64,000 nucleotides of DNA. Origin: Raillietiella orientalis (lineage: Eukaryota). The position numbers and the translations under genes were made by a program. The notes beneath the pieces are model-generated. The model ran no database searches. It saw only the letters and a list, made by a program, of their open reading frames with translations, and was not told the origin of the DNA. This document shows positions 51,300-64,000 of this stretch, piece by piece. Position 1 is the first letter of the stretch. Each line of letters begins with the position of its first letter. The stretch covers positions 5,022,001 through 5,086,000 of the forward strand of contig JAYWIR010000007.1 in NCBI GenBank assembly GCA_036172245.1, written 5' to 3'.

Positions 51300-53300
51300 T
51301 GCGCTGCTTCCACCGCCGGTGCTTCACTCAGCGGGGTCACCGAGAACTTCCGCACCGGGAGTTTCCACCTCCGGTGATACGGACGGGACACGAAGGAAAC
51401 GTCGCCAGGATGGTTTGCGCGATGTAGTCTTTTACGAGGACCCACATCCCCTTGGGCTTCTTGGTGTCGGCGTCGGCGTGCAGCTGGGCGTCCTTTCAGC
51501 CCGACACAGATGTGTCGGGCTGTCCATCCGTCTCGCCGGTCTCCAGGTTCGTCACTAATTTACGTTTCCCGAAGCGGTCTGGATGCTCCTGGTGATGAGG
51601 TAGGAAGAAGTCCATAGGGGATTGGAGAGTGCGTTTGTTCTTTTGTTTCTGATTGGGAAAGTCCATTGCGTGCTTCCAGCTGATTTTCCATCGCGCCTGT
51701 CGCCCTGCTATCCGACCAAGTCGGTGGACTTCTTTTTCTTTCTTACAGTTTTTGCAACCGGGAGCAAATGGAACGTACCAGTCATGCTGAGGATCGAGCT
51801 TCTTGTACGATATTCATGTTCCTTGATGTTTAATCAAGGCAGCTTCGTGAAATGAAGAACACTTTGGAGATGGCCCTGGAGATGCGTCGAAGTTTCGGCG
51901 TCCCACTGTTCCTTCCGTTAGTGGGGTTCCAGGCCACTTACGCGAAGTGTTCGCCCCTCTCGGCGGGCCTTCTGAAAGGTTGTCACCTGTGGTTTCGGTT
52001 TCCCACCTGGCGGGAAAGTTCGCCACGTACCCGCGATCATGCGATATCACGGATGAGCGGCTCCACGTGAATGAGAGCCCGTGTCAATGGTTGTACGCGA
52101 GAGTCCCGCTTCGTTTCAGGGAGATGCACGATTCGTATACGCAGTCTCGGTGACGCAGGGACCTTGCAGACGAGTTGCCTCTGGCTATCTCCCCGAAGGG
52201 GGGGGGGGCTTTTCTAGGCTCGCGCACAGTCCTGGAAACAAAAGGCCCTCTATCTTCGGCATCGAGCCCTTGAGGGAATGGAATTTCCCTTGAAGGAGAG
52301 CGAATTCCGTCCCGCACACCTGTGTAGGGTGAACCTGGGAGCCGTTGGTGCTCCCTGAACGCCGAGGGAGCACTGCGTCCCCTGACACGATCTGAAAGTT
52401 CTTCTCTTTCTGTCGACATGCGTCAGTTCTTCAGCAGTGGTGGTGACGTCACTCGAACTGTGGCGCTTTCTCTCGGTTTCCCTGCGAGCACCTTCTGTGC
52501 CCTGGGAACTTTTTTTGGTTCTTGGAATGCTGATCCTCATGTCCTGCTGTTTCACAAGGTGAGTCCGGAGTGGAGGCCCCCCGATAGGTGCGGTCACGGC
52601 AACGATCTGTTGTATCCGTGACATCCTCACGGACCTCCGCCAGTTGGAGTCGCAGGCAATTCCAAAAGAGGACACCGAAATCGTCGACGTCAGCATGTGG
52701 ACGGCTGCCAGGTGGCCTCATCTGACGGAAGTGAGCAAGGAGATCTCCGGCATCGAACGCCGGTTCCGAAAATAAGGAACGGCCGAGCCCGAAGGCCCCT
52801 GTCCCTTCCTTACCATTCTGTATTTTCGGAAACGTTTTTGTAGTCTCTTCTCTCCCGTTCCCAACTTCCGGTGTACCCGACCTGCGTGTCGGCGAGCCCT
52901 CGCCATCGAACTTCTTTTCCCCTTGACCCTTGTTTTCCCTATTCCCGGATCGTTTGTTCGTTTTCTGGATTAAACGACCCGCCGCAACCGGGTGGCGGAA
53001 GACAGCAGCTTTCGTGCGTCTTTCCGCTTGCTGGCCCGCCCTGCATCTCTTTCCATCTGCAACGTCCTTTGCCGGCAGTGAATGCGAACGCGCTTCCCGC
53101 ACGCGGAAGAAGACGCACTCTGCGCGGCCAACACTCGCTGGACACGACGTGCTTCTTGAGCGCGAGAAAGCGCCAAAAAGGGCAAACTGCACCATCCGTA
53201 CGACCTGGCAAACGGCTCCGACAAAGAAGCGGCGCGCCAGGCGTGTTCATAACGGCGCCTCAGGCGGGATGTGGGATCCGCCGCGCATCCGAATCCAGAA
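51300..53300 (-). mobile_element. Decayed Tx1-like 5' region/ORF1
   Basis: FGVLFWNCLRLQLAEVREDVTDTTDRC..YRG..PCETAGHE is homologous to 39540-39770 (FGDLFRNAVRLQLPAGRDDSADATDRC). Confidence 0.65.
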
Positions 53301-53809
53301 GGAGAAAAATAAGACAACAGGAATCCATGTATGTGATGTGCATCATTCATATGAAAAGGAAGATGCGCCAAATTGATTGACACAGAAGAGCACTTAGCTG
53401 CTGCATACACTAAAATCAACATGTAAACCATCACAGCAGCATATGTGCCGATGAGGGTACGTATGTAGAAAACAATGGGCATACATTCATATCGAAGAAT
53501 GCATTCGAATGTACAAATATGAATATCGATATTCGTATAATCCCATTCTCATCAAAATGTGTATATGGAATATTTCTCCACATAGGTAGGCATCGGGATA
53601 CATGCACACGCATCCACAAATATATGTGTATGTCTAAAAGTAAATATGTAAATACATTTCAACATCTATGTAAATACGCACAGAGTTATGCTCATGAAGA
53701 ACATGCGTGTACTTATTTTCCTACAGATATTTTTATATGAAAATATGCAGATAGATAGTTCAGGACATGCTTCAGAAAAACATACATGAAAATGAGGTAA
53801 TTCCTTGAT

Positions 53810-53969
53810 ATGGAAGGCATCAGGAGCTCCGTCTACTAAAACGAGACCGACCAGCTTGCTTGTCCGAGAAGCACGCATCTGTTGATTCCATAGGCAGCAG
53901 TGCGAATCCTTTGCGAACTTACAGAAGACGCTTATTGGGCTCCCAGGAAAATGCGGTGGCAAACAACGT
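53810..53969 (+). repeat. 160-bp exact duplicate, copy 2, embedded in AT-rich low-complexity DNA
   Basis: Identical by eye to 44485-44644. Confidence 0.95.
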
Positions 53970-54987
53970 ATGGATTTATATTTCATTATCAACGTAAAGT
54001 AGAAACACATATGTAAGTTGATCCGAGCACGTGCATTGATTCCTAATTCTGTTCATAGCTGACTCCTAACCTACATGTATAAATAAATAGGACGACAGAT
54101 TGATAAAAGAATGCATGTAGATATGGATAGATACATTAATATCAATCGGCAATCGTGAATACCGATATATACAGTTGTACCAGCATCAGTAAGCATGTAG
54201 ACATTAGCCTACAAGTTCCATGATGAAGTACATGCCGCCCCTAACCGAAGTGTTCGGGAAGGGTCTGCGCTGATTGCATTGGAATGCCAGACCAGAAACA
54301 CCTTTCCCAGTGTCCACAGCGGGAGACGGAACGGGAACGAGGAGGTGGGCACACATACACACACACAGAGAGAGAAGGGACCACGAGTTCTTCTCCGGAG
54401 CAGACCTCGATCTGGAAACGCTTTCGTGGCCTCCCACCTCCGATCTTCATTTCTTCTTTGCCCGCTCCCTCATTCGAAGATGCGGGCGCAGCACCCATCG
54501 CGAAAAGGGCACTGTGGAGGCTCCCAGGTGCCCAATCCGTTGAAAAGACTTAATGCAGCCGCTTCGGGATGCTGGTTTCGGCACCCTGACGATAAAAAGG
54601 TGCAGTTTGAGATGTGTGCGGAGCCACCGACATGCCCACGGTGTGCACCTGCGTGACTCATTGTGCGGGGCACTGCAATCAGTAGTGAAGTCGGTCTCTG
54701 CGACGGGGCGAGCTTTCCCGTGGCTGCGGGAACACCGTCTTCGTGCGGAAGAGCACACGCGGTACGACAGGATGCGGATGTTGCCCCAAGGCGCCCAGCG
54801 AACCAGCAGACCGAAGGCGATACGTGCGAGGCAACAGGCAGGCGGATCCCCTGCTGGAATCCACCGGAAGCGAACGCGGAAGCCAAGCGCTGAGAACATG
54901 GCGCGCTGTGGTTCACGAGACAGCGCTCGCCGTGCCAAGGGTGGTGGACGTTCCTTTCGACCGGACGTCGATTGCGACGTGGCGCGG

Positions 54988-55039
54988 CAGCAACCAGCTG
55001 CCGATGCCCGCCAGCAACCAGCTGCCGATGCCCGCCAGC
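54988..55039 (+). repeat. 24-bp tandem duplication (cagcaaccagctgccgatgcccgc, about 2.2 copies)
   Basis: Seen directly in the sequence. Confidence 0.9.
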
Positions 55040-56249
55040 CCGACCCAACGCCCGCCGACTGACCGACTGAAAGACAGCTCGACGCTGTCCAACCACTCAT
55101 CCCCGTCTGGACGTGTTCGCGAGTGTCCCTGTAGCGGGGCGAAAAGGGCTAAGGGCTTGCAATGCACCGCTTGCAGTTCATTCAGTTCGGAAGAGTGGGT
55201 CTCCGCGGTAGGGGTGATGCGGACGGGGAGGCAGTGTCCAGTGCGAGTGCGATGCTGCAAGGCGCGCAGCATCGCGTCCACATCTCCGCAAAGGACGCGC
55301 CCAGCTTTCCTGGTCGCATCCGTCCGGGAAGTGCACCCGTGGAGCAGCAGGAGTTCCTTGAAACAGCGTGCTCTCCCCTACTCGGAGCCAGCGTTTCCTT
55401 CTCTTCTTCCCCGTTGTCTTTTTGTTTTTCACCACGAACCCGTGGTCAGCGTCTCACTTCACGCACCCGACCGGGTGCACAGAAATTTCAGCCTGTTTTC
55501 AGCTTTTCACCGTTACCAAGGCAACAATCGGGCGTGGTAAGGAAAAGAAAAAAAACTCTTCTTGGCAGGAAAGATGTTTCCGAGATGCGCCTTTGCAAAA
55601 GCAGGAGTTGTGGTTTGCGCGTTGGGAGCTGCGGCGGCCGCATACTGCTACCGCAAGGAGGTGAGTGGCCATCCTTCTGTCTCCTTATCCGCTTTCTTTC
55701 CGCCTCTGCTCTTTTCAGATCTTGGGCGCGGTGCAGCAGCTTTGGAAACCCGTTAGCAAGGAGGAAGAATCCAAAGAGCGGATGCTGGAAGACAGCCTGC
55801 AGCGTGCACTGTCGGGGGGCGATGCACGCTGCCGGGAAGGAGCCGGCCATGCTGTGAGCTGTTGCCCGGGGGAGGAAGAGGAACCTCCCCTGGTGGTAGT
55901 TTGGGTGAGTTTCGGGTGCACGAGCCACTCACCCTCTGCCCGTCTTGCAGGAGTCGCGCGCCTGGAAGGAGTTCACGCGGAACCACCCTTCAAAATAGGC
56001 GCGCTGTTGGGCACCTTGGGGGAGGTGGCCAACTTCAAAATAAACAGGGTTGTACTGGAGCTTTCGCCTGTTTGTTTTCCGGGGTAGATGGGAAGAGGGA
56101 GGGGTGGTGTTCCAGCGGCTGGCGCAGGAGAGACGGCAGCAGCGACGTAGTTCGAAGGAAAGAAGTAGCGTTCTGCGGGAAAGGCGAACGGAGTCCTCCC
56201 CAAGTGATCACCATGGGAACGGCCGGCTGTTGCGATTCTTTACAAGTGG

Positions 56250-56900
56250 TGGAGGCGCGACAGGTGCGGTGAGAACGACGACGGGTTGGATCCTTGCCAT
56301 GGTTACAGCCCACCATTTGCGCAGCAAGCTGAGGCAGTCAGGAGCGCAGTTGTCTACATGAGGACTGCTGGAGGGTGGCTTCATGGAAACGTGGAAGTCA
56401 AGCAGGAGATCGCTGATATCCTGCGCCGCTTCCCCCGAAGAAGGAATGGACATCGCCGGGTACCCTTGGACCACCCTCCCCTTTTTATACAATTGTTTAT
56501 TGTTCACAGTGCGAAGCACCAAACCTCCGGTAACAAGAGCGATCATCCACGCGGTCCGCTTACCCTTTGAGAGCTTCCACGACAAGGAGCCATGCACTTC
56601 TCGTTCCAACTCCCATGCGACGTTGAGCGGGCATGACCCTGAACTCGATGTGGCGGGTGACTTGTTTCTCCAAGGCCTGGGACGGGTAAGTTCGCGAGCG
56701 CCTGCTCGTGGCAAGCCGTTTCCACTTGTGCAAGGAAACCCTTCAACTTTCCGGAAGTGTTTCCTTTTGCATTTCCTCCTGGTGCACGACCATGTTGTGC
56801 ATACATAGACGATGTCGGTGCCATGTTGCGGGAACCGCCAGCTTCCTGTCCAGAGAATGCTGGCTTCTCCCGAGAGGACTTCCGTGCGAGTGCTGGAAAC
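56250..56900 (-). mobile_element. Decayed non-LTR RT core fragment
   Basis: LEKQVTRH..RMGVG (cf. LEKAFDRV) and VNN..GRVVQGYPAMS (cf. GVRQGCPLS). Confidence 0.5.
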
Positions 56901-56991
56901 GCGCGCAGAAATGCCAAAACTCGTTCAAGGAGTCCGCATGGAATATTTCACTTTCGCACGGAAAATGTGTCACGACATGTTCAAGTGAATT

Positions 56992-59900
56992 ATGAATGTG
57001 CTTCAGATCGCGTTTTTGTTGTGCCAACTAACCACAATTTGTTCCCACGAAATATGTTCCATGACGTATTTTGATGTACTTTTATTTCAATGTCCAGTGA
57101 TTAGTACATCAGGTAAACAATGCCTGCAATATTTTCGATTTAAAATTTCGAGATAACTTTCTTAAAATTTTTGCATGCAGATACCTTTGCATGGCATTAA
57201 ATTGAAATTGTTTATTGATCAGAAAGCAGTAATTCTTATAAACCTCACGTAGTTTTGAAACTGAAAGGCGGGTCAAGCCACTCATTCAGTAGGAAAGGAA
57301 TGAGAAAATTGCTTGGTGCTGTGTTTCAAATGGGTACAGAGAAACCTTATTTTTCTGCTGACGGTGAAGGTCCAGCTCGCAATATTTCTGTACAAACTTT
57401 TTACATTGACATTCATGAGGTTAGTAATGTCCAATTTGAAGAATTCGTAAGGTTATCCAAGTATGAGACTGAAGTAGGTTTATGTTTTCTAAAGTACTGT
57501 TTTTTTTTAATTCCCAAGCATTCAGGCCGAGAAATATGGAAATAGTTTTGTTTTTCAAAACTTTGTGAGTGATGATGTTCATCGACAGGCTGCATATTCA
57601 GTCCAGGATGCCCCTTGGTGGCTTTTGATAGAAGGAGCTAACTGGAAACATCCAGAAGGTCCTGATTCGCATATAAATAGTAAAGCATTTTTTTTGCAGA
57701 TAATTGGAAATTCCAGTTGCATTCAGATAGAAGCCATTATCCAGTTGTGCATGTGTCATGGAAGGATGCTCAGAGTTATTGTTCTTGGTATGGAAAACGG
57801 TTGCCCACTGAAGCTGAATGGGAATTCGCATGCCGTGGAGGTTTGAAGGACAAGTTTTATCCATGGGGAGATGAATTGGTCGAAAATGGATCTTATCGGT
57901 ACAATTTGTAGTATAGTAGAGATGATTTCACTTAACAATCCTATTTTGAAGTAAGAATGAATACTTGGCAAGGAAATTTTCCAAATAAAGATGAAGGAAG
58001 GGATGGTTATATAGGTTTAGCGCCAGTACACGCATATGCTGCAAACAAATTTGGATTAAAAAATATGTGTGGCAATGTATGGGAATGGGTTCAAGACACA
58101 TGGACTGTGGATCACACAGGTCACCCAGGAATAGATTTGGTAATGCATCATAATTTTAGCCTTTATGTATTCATGCCTTTAGTTGATCATTCAGAGTTTT
58201 GTGAAGGGAAATGTTAATTTTCTCTTGTTGATCAGCCTAAGTCTTCTTGAATTTGAATGAATGTACTCTCATAATTTCATATATTGTGTCTTGCATGATC
58301 TGTTTTTATAAACAGATTATGCAAGAGAGATGGAGATGGAGTTTGGAGATGCTGTTTAATAACTGGAAGTTTGATCAAGTAGTATGCTTTCTGTCAGTGT
58401 TGCTCCTTTATATTTCTGCAAGGGATGTTTAAGTGATTATAAATCATATGATGGAAGGTATGCCATTGTATAGTCCAAAAAGTTGTGTAAAGCTTTTGCA
58501 AGGTCATAAAATTCGTGTCTTCTATTAATAGCACTTGCTTTTTTGTTCTTGGATTTAAAACACAACTATTATTGTATCAACTGTTTTTCTGGTCATTTTT
58601 ATTCATATTCATGAGTCTACATTGTCTGTGTCTTTGGAATGAGATCTTTTAAAGGAATGTTGGAAAGGACTCAAAACATAGAATTAAATAGAAAAGAACT
58701 GGTGGGCATAATGAGTCTTGGCAAAGATGCAAAAATGAGAGGTATACAAGAGTCACAAGTTGATACAACAATAGTTGGATCATAAAAATGAATGCCTTTC
58801 AAGATCTCAAAAGGAAAAAGGGAAATGATTTTCATGAGCAATTCAGAAAAACTGATCATGGGAAAAAAAGTAATCAAAGGAAAATTATAGCTTTGAACAC
58901 AAAGGATTGTAGTATCTTCTGACTTAGAAAGCTATGCTGATATTCAAATTTGTGAATGACTGCCTATTTAAAAGCATTACTTATTTGAAGAGATGAAGCT
59001 TTTCTGCAAATTTTGTTAGGAAGATAAGTTACTATTCTTTAAATTTTCAATTCAAGGGCTCTTCATATCCTTAACAATAATTATGTGTAAACCAAGAATT
59101 CATGTGACTTTTACCATTTTCAACATTGGTATGTGTTTGAATGTTAAAATAGGTATATAATTTTAATAATTGGTTTCCACAATACAAGGAATCAAGATTA
59201 AGTTTGTAGGTAAAGTGGAAAATCATAGATATGTGTTATGTAGCAGATTGTAAACATGTGTGTATTCATGTTGTGATAACCTTGGGTAATATTAGCAGTA
59301 AATATCAGATTAGAGTATTTTAGCACAAATTAGATATAGAAAAATTAGTTCGTAAATATTGATATTGGATATGTTGTGGAAGTTAAGATGAAGTCATCGT
59401 CTGTATGATATTGTAGTGCTTTTGCAACCAAGGAAATATGAAAATGAAGTAAGTATTGAATGAAGAAGAGTTGTATTGACCATGTTCCAAAAGTATGATA
59501 ACTTGGGAAAGTTTGACAGGACTGTAAAAAGTAAAATGAACTCGAAATTATGTTAGGGCCGTATTGCTTGATTGCCCCAAATATAATTCTCATTTCAGAC
59601 AAACAATCTCAGTAATTATACTTTGAGAAGGGGAGTAGTTTTAGGGGAAGAAAAATTTTTTTTTTTTTTTCTTTCATTTTTGCAAGACAGGCATTCAATC
59701 AAACTAAGTATAAATCCCTTTTTGGTTTCATTCTAATCAAACAAATGAAGCAGATGTTGAGTTACATTTTGTTCAAAACTTGATGCAATAAAAATTAAGA
59801 TCATTGCTTGCTCATCATGAAAAAAAAATCTGTGCTAATTGATTCCTATCTTCTGACAGTAATCTTTTGTAGGTTTAAAAGAAATCCATCAGTTGTTGAT

Positions 59901-60167
59901 AAGCATCATGTTGCATTCATTGATTGCTCAATTTACCAAACACTATGTGTGTGTTGTGTGTGTGCATAATTTATTCAAACTGGAACAGGTCTAATGTTTC
60001 AAAATTTTCAGAATTTTGCAACAATTGAAACAGCAAAAACTACAAAAGGAGGGTCATTTTTGTGTCATCGGAAATATTGCTACAGACACCGCTGTGCAGC
60101 CCGAGCAAAAAATACACCGGATAGTTCAGCATACAATTTAGGCTTTCGTTGTGCAGCAGATGTTTAA
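56992..60167 (+). CDS. SUMF1: Formylglycine-generating enzyme / sulfatase-modifying factor 1. Model: join(56992..57112,57223..57473,57526..57679,57727..57898,57956..58139,60012..60167), 345 aa
   Basis: FGE motifs: [132 protein letters not shown]. Both catalytic Cys are present, which indicates SUMF1 rather than SUMF2. Exon 1 (signal-peptide-like [18 protein letters not shown]) is inferred from phase compatibility. Confidence 0.95.
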
Positions 60168-60499
60168 GGAAACTATAAACAGTCTATTATTTGGGGCAAA
60201 GTGTTTGTGAATGCTGATGTATGCTAAGCCAAGCATCATTGGCAAACTGTTGGACCATGAGGATCCTGACAAATCAAAGATTAAAGTGATGTTCCAGCAC
60301 ACCAACTGCTCTGGAATGCTAGTTCTTACATAGCACGGATCTCTTTAATTGCAAAGAAACACAAATGTGGAACCACTGCATCAGTTGCCATAGAAAAATG
60401 ATCTTGAATCGAGATTAGAAGGATATTTGGTGTAACTTGAAATATATTGAGAAATATTGTTACAGTTGAGAAATTTTCCCAGTTTCAGGTACTGTCCTT

Positions 60500-63400
60500 G
60501 AACAGTTGAGAAGCATTGTCGATTCTTTCAGATAGGCTGAGATTAGCGATCAGCGTGAAATCGTTTTCTCCGCTCCTGTTTGCCTTTCTAGTAAGCAACG
60601 ACCCTAGAACACAGAAGCGCACTTGCAGGAATATGAACTCAAAGATGAAAAAAGTGGCCCACGAATCACCTCACTTTGTTGGGCACAGGTTGTGGGCGCC
60701 TAGCACGGTGGTGCCATGGGAAATGTTTGGTGTCGCGCCAGCCGAAGAACGGAGGCGACGCAGGAAAATCCCCAGCGCGATGCAAGATAGAGTACCACAT
60801 GGATGCAGCAGAGATCCGAACGCGAATTTCGGACGTTGGCGGACGCATGGCGCAGCTTGTCGCCGAATGCAGCAGGAGGAGTCTTTTAGGTTCGCGTCTT
60901 TTTGTTTGCATTGCGGACTCTGTTCTGTCGGCGTCCGCCTCCGCGCCGGCAACAAATGGGATGCTGAAAATTGATTTTGCAAGAGTGCGGCCTCGGCGGC
61001 GGCGCCAACAGAACAAACGATCGGAAACATTAGCGCACCTTGGCTAGCGGACCGCTCCTGCATGAAGACAGGTCCCCGTAGGGTCGCTGGCTGCAGGCAG
61101 CAACGCTGACACGAGATGGAGGGCGATTGCCTCAACGGACGGCGGACCGGACGGGTGGGCTGGTGGTGCCCTTTGCAGGTGTGCCCAGTGCACCGGAGGT
61201 GACGGCACGCCTGCAAACGAGAATGATCATTGCTTTTATGTATTTTGAGTAACATGTGTCGATGCTTGCCATGCGTTTTCCCAATGATGCAAAGATGTGC
61301 CAGGCTGTACGCTGGCGAGACGATTCGTTGTGCACTAGCCCGTTCGCGCCACAAGCATTACGCCGCGCCGTGTGTTTTTCTTGGACCAATGGGAAGAAGA
61401 GTGGAACCGCGGAAGAGTCTCATCTCTCTCGTTGAGTGTGATCAGGGAACCACTGCTCCGACCCGAAGGATTTCTCGAGGCAATCCCTCGGGAGCGAGTC
61501 GGGAAAACACGTGGTTACTTGGGATTCTTCAAAAACGAAACAAAAAAGGAGAGGGGGGAAGAAAAAGAAGTTTAGTTGGGAGAGCTCGCCGACTGGCAGG
61601 TCAGCTTAGAAAACTGTTTGCAGCATTGGTAAGGGCGGAGGGACTTACAGATAAGTAAATTATGGAGAGCAGCGGGTGAGGTCGCCGGGATTCCTGACCC
61701 CTTTCTAAAACTGCTGCAAGGTGTTGACGATCTCCCTGCTGACTTGTTGGTTCGATTGGGGTCAGCTGCGACCCTTCCTCGTGAAGAAGGCAGCAATGCA
61801 GGTGGCTTCCCACTGTCGTTGCTGCTGCTCCAGCGAGTGACGGACCTTGAGGATGCCGCGTACCGCAACGCAAAGTCGCGATCACGTCTAAGAGTCGACG
61901 CAGCAGTTCGGCTGGCGAACCCACAGGATTCCCGGAGGGCTGGAGACTGCCGGCCTCTCGCACAGCCGACGGAGGATGCCGCGCTTTGTCATCAGGTGCG
62001 GGAGCAATTCGACCGCCCTTCGCCTGCTACACGCGAGGGAGGCGCTCCCCCTTAACCCTCTTGTCACATGGCGCCCAGAGCACATGGGGGACTCCGATGC
62101 AAGAGGAGCACCATATCGTGTCGCCACCTGAGGGGAGGAATGGAGCTGTCCGTGCCCAAGGGAGGGACGCGCAGTTCCCCACGACGCACTCGGAAGTTTC
62201 GGCCAACCAGCAAAGTCCCTTCTCCTGGGAGCATGGTGTAGCCATGTCGGCCGGCACTTTCCAGGTGCACCCACTCCCGCGATAGTGCAGGAGATCCACG
62301 GATCCTTGCCGCCAAGCGTGAAACTTCTCAGGAAGGTGGGAGTGATCCGGTCCGCGCTTGAAGAGGTTCCCGTCTTGGAGAGTTTTCGGGTGCCGAGTTC
62401 ACATTCTCGGGAGGTTCGTCCAGGCCTCCGGCTTCACTGTGCAAGGAACGAGCTGCCGCAGGGGGTGGCATTGCATTCATGGAAAGGTGAAATGCTGGGC
62501 TTGGAGCAGTATGAAAGTCCCTCCGACAGTGGCGACGGTTCCCAAAAGAACGTAGTAAAGCCTTGTGCGCTGCGCTGGCGAGAGCACCAAGGAGCACATT
62601 CGACCCTCAGAGGTCGCTGTCTCCCGTCTGAGAACCTGAGAGAACTCCGTAGCTGACATCTTTGGGGCATCTCCAGGCAGAGACAAGTACCACTCTTGTA
62701 CACTCTTTAGGCAGTGGGGTCACTGCCTAAAGCGTTTTCGTTGAGTCCACTCGCCAGAAGCGAGGGAATTCCCTCCCCCCTCCTCCCCGCGAGGTGCGCT
62801 CGGAACGACAGGCGGTGCGAGGAGAAACGCCTCGAGCGTGATTCCGTTGTGCGCACGCATGGGAGGTTGGTGGCGACCACGGCATTTCTTTCCTCTTTCT
62901 CCCCCCTCCCTCCTTCTTTGGTCGCCCCAAGGCGTTTATTGTGAAAATAGCAAAAAAACATTTACTCCGCTCCCCATTCCCCCCTCCAAAAAAAAAGAAA
63001 TGAAAAGGTCTTCTGCCCGCCGCGGGAGTCCAATCCAGGAAGTCTTGAAGGACATTGCTTCCGGGAAGCAGTCGCCGGAAAAGGACCGCACAAGGAGAAA
63101 AGAGGCGAAGGGAAGTCAACTGGAAATAAAAGGAAAGTCGGGCAAAAAGTCCCGAAAGGCACGGCGGGAGGGGAGAGTTATCCCGGCGTCATCCCGAGGA
63201 TGGCGCCTAGCTCCTCCCCGTCGCGCGTCGAGTGCGGCCGTAGCGCTGCGATCCTCGGGAAGCAACAGGCAAGGGAGGTGACTTTTCCGCCCCCGCCCTC
63301 GGGGCTGCTGGTCGCCACGGCTGCACAAGCGCAGCGCGAAGTTGCGGTCGCCGCTCGGCAGGCGACGTGGCGCCGCTCCCGAGTCGGCACGGCCTCTCTC

Positions 63401-64000
63401 TCGACCCCCAACCTGATCGCCTGCGCGTCTCTTCCCGACCCAGGAGCAGCCGAGAGAGGTGACCAGGACGGAGACGCCCTCGTCCCGCTGCGTGTCGGAC
63501 CTTTGGGAAAACCTAGCGGGGCCGCTTTCATCTCGGCGGAGCCCGCAGGAGGCTGCGTATTCGCCCGCCCCTTTCCCTGCACGTCCCAGGATCGCCCTTC
63601 CGGGACGCTCCCTGGAAGGTTGAGACGGGCGCTCCCTTCCCTCCCCCGGACCTCGGCAGCGTGGGGAATGCTGCCGCGAAACGGCCTTCCGCCCCCCTCG
63701 CGGGGAGGAGCGAAGAGGGAAGAGGGCAGCTGCCCGCCGTGCAGGCCGGGAGCGATTCCTCGGAGACGATGGGAGGCGGGACGCAGAGCACCGTCTCCGT
63801 CGCCGCCTTTCGGCAGCTTCTCGTCTCCTCATTCGAGGAGGATCCGGACCTCCTAGGAAAAAGCCCTGCAGGGCGTTGCAAGGTCCCGGATGCGATACGG
63901 AAACACTTGTTGACGCCTCGCCAGGATGCCGGTTTGTGCCGGCATTCTGACTATCCACCAGATCGTACCGCAGGTGCAGTTCTGACCTCTGACTCTTTGT
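60500..64000. mobile_element. Further decayed Tx1-like fragments
   Basis: GC-rich with no coherent host-gene exon structure found; ORF1-like and ORF2-like pieces on both strands. Confidence 0.4.

Noticed and set aside
44485..53969. LTR pair bounding a 9.3-kb LTR retrotransposon
   Set aside because: No clean TG..CA ends, TSD, PBS/PPT or gag-pol; the interior is mixed non-LTR debris.
1..64000. CRISPR array, rRNA or prokaryotic operon/defence system
   Set aside because: No regularly spaced repeats or rRNA-like sequence; spliceosomal introns and LINE debris show the DNA is eukaryotic.

Overview
Eukaryotic DNA, probably from an animal with very short (43-60 nt) GT-AG introns; the species cannot be determined here. 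About 57 kb is a GC-rich graveyard of decayed retrotransposons: mostly L1/Tx1-like non-LTR elements, plus Penelope-like and RTE-like remnants and two AT-rich MITE-like elements. The ORF track is largely noise. Manual splicing recovers three host genes. (1, 2) A tandem pair of intact 9-exon, ~386-aa, probably secreted pepsin-fold (MEROPS A1) genes on the minus strand (16847-24244 and 30256-36255). Both catalytic D[TS]G motifs are degenerate (EGG/DFQ in copy A, DAA/DFQ in copy B). They lie in a ~12-13 kb tandem duplication that is a mosaic of near-identical tracts and sharply bounded divergent patches. (3) A 6-exon SUMF1/formylglycine-generating enzyme gene (56992-60167, +) in an AT-rich block. 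Also seen: a nested retro-insertion with a perfect 13-bp TSD that shows a non-poly(A) 3' end, and an exact 160-bp duplication. No rRNA, tRNA or CRISPR array was found. All assignments come from motif recognition by eye; no database searches were run.
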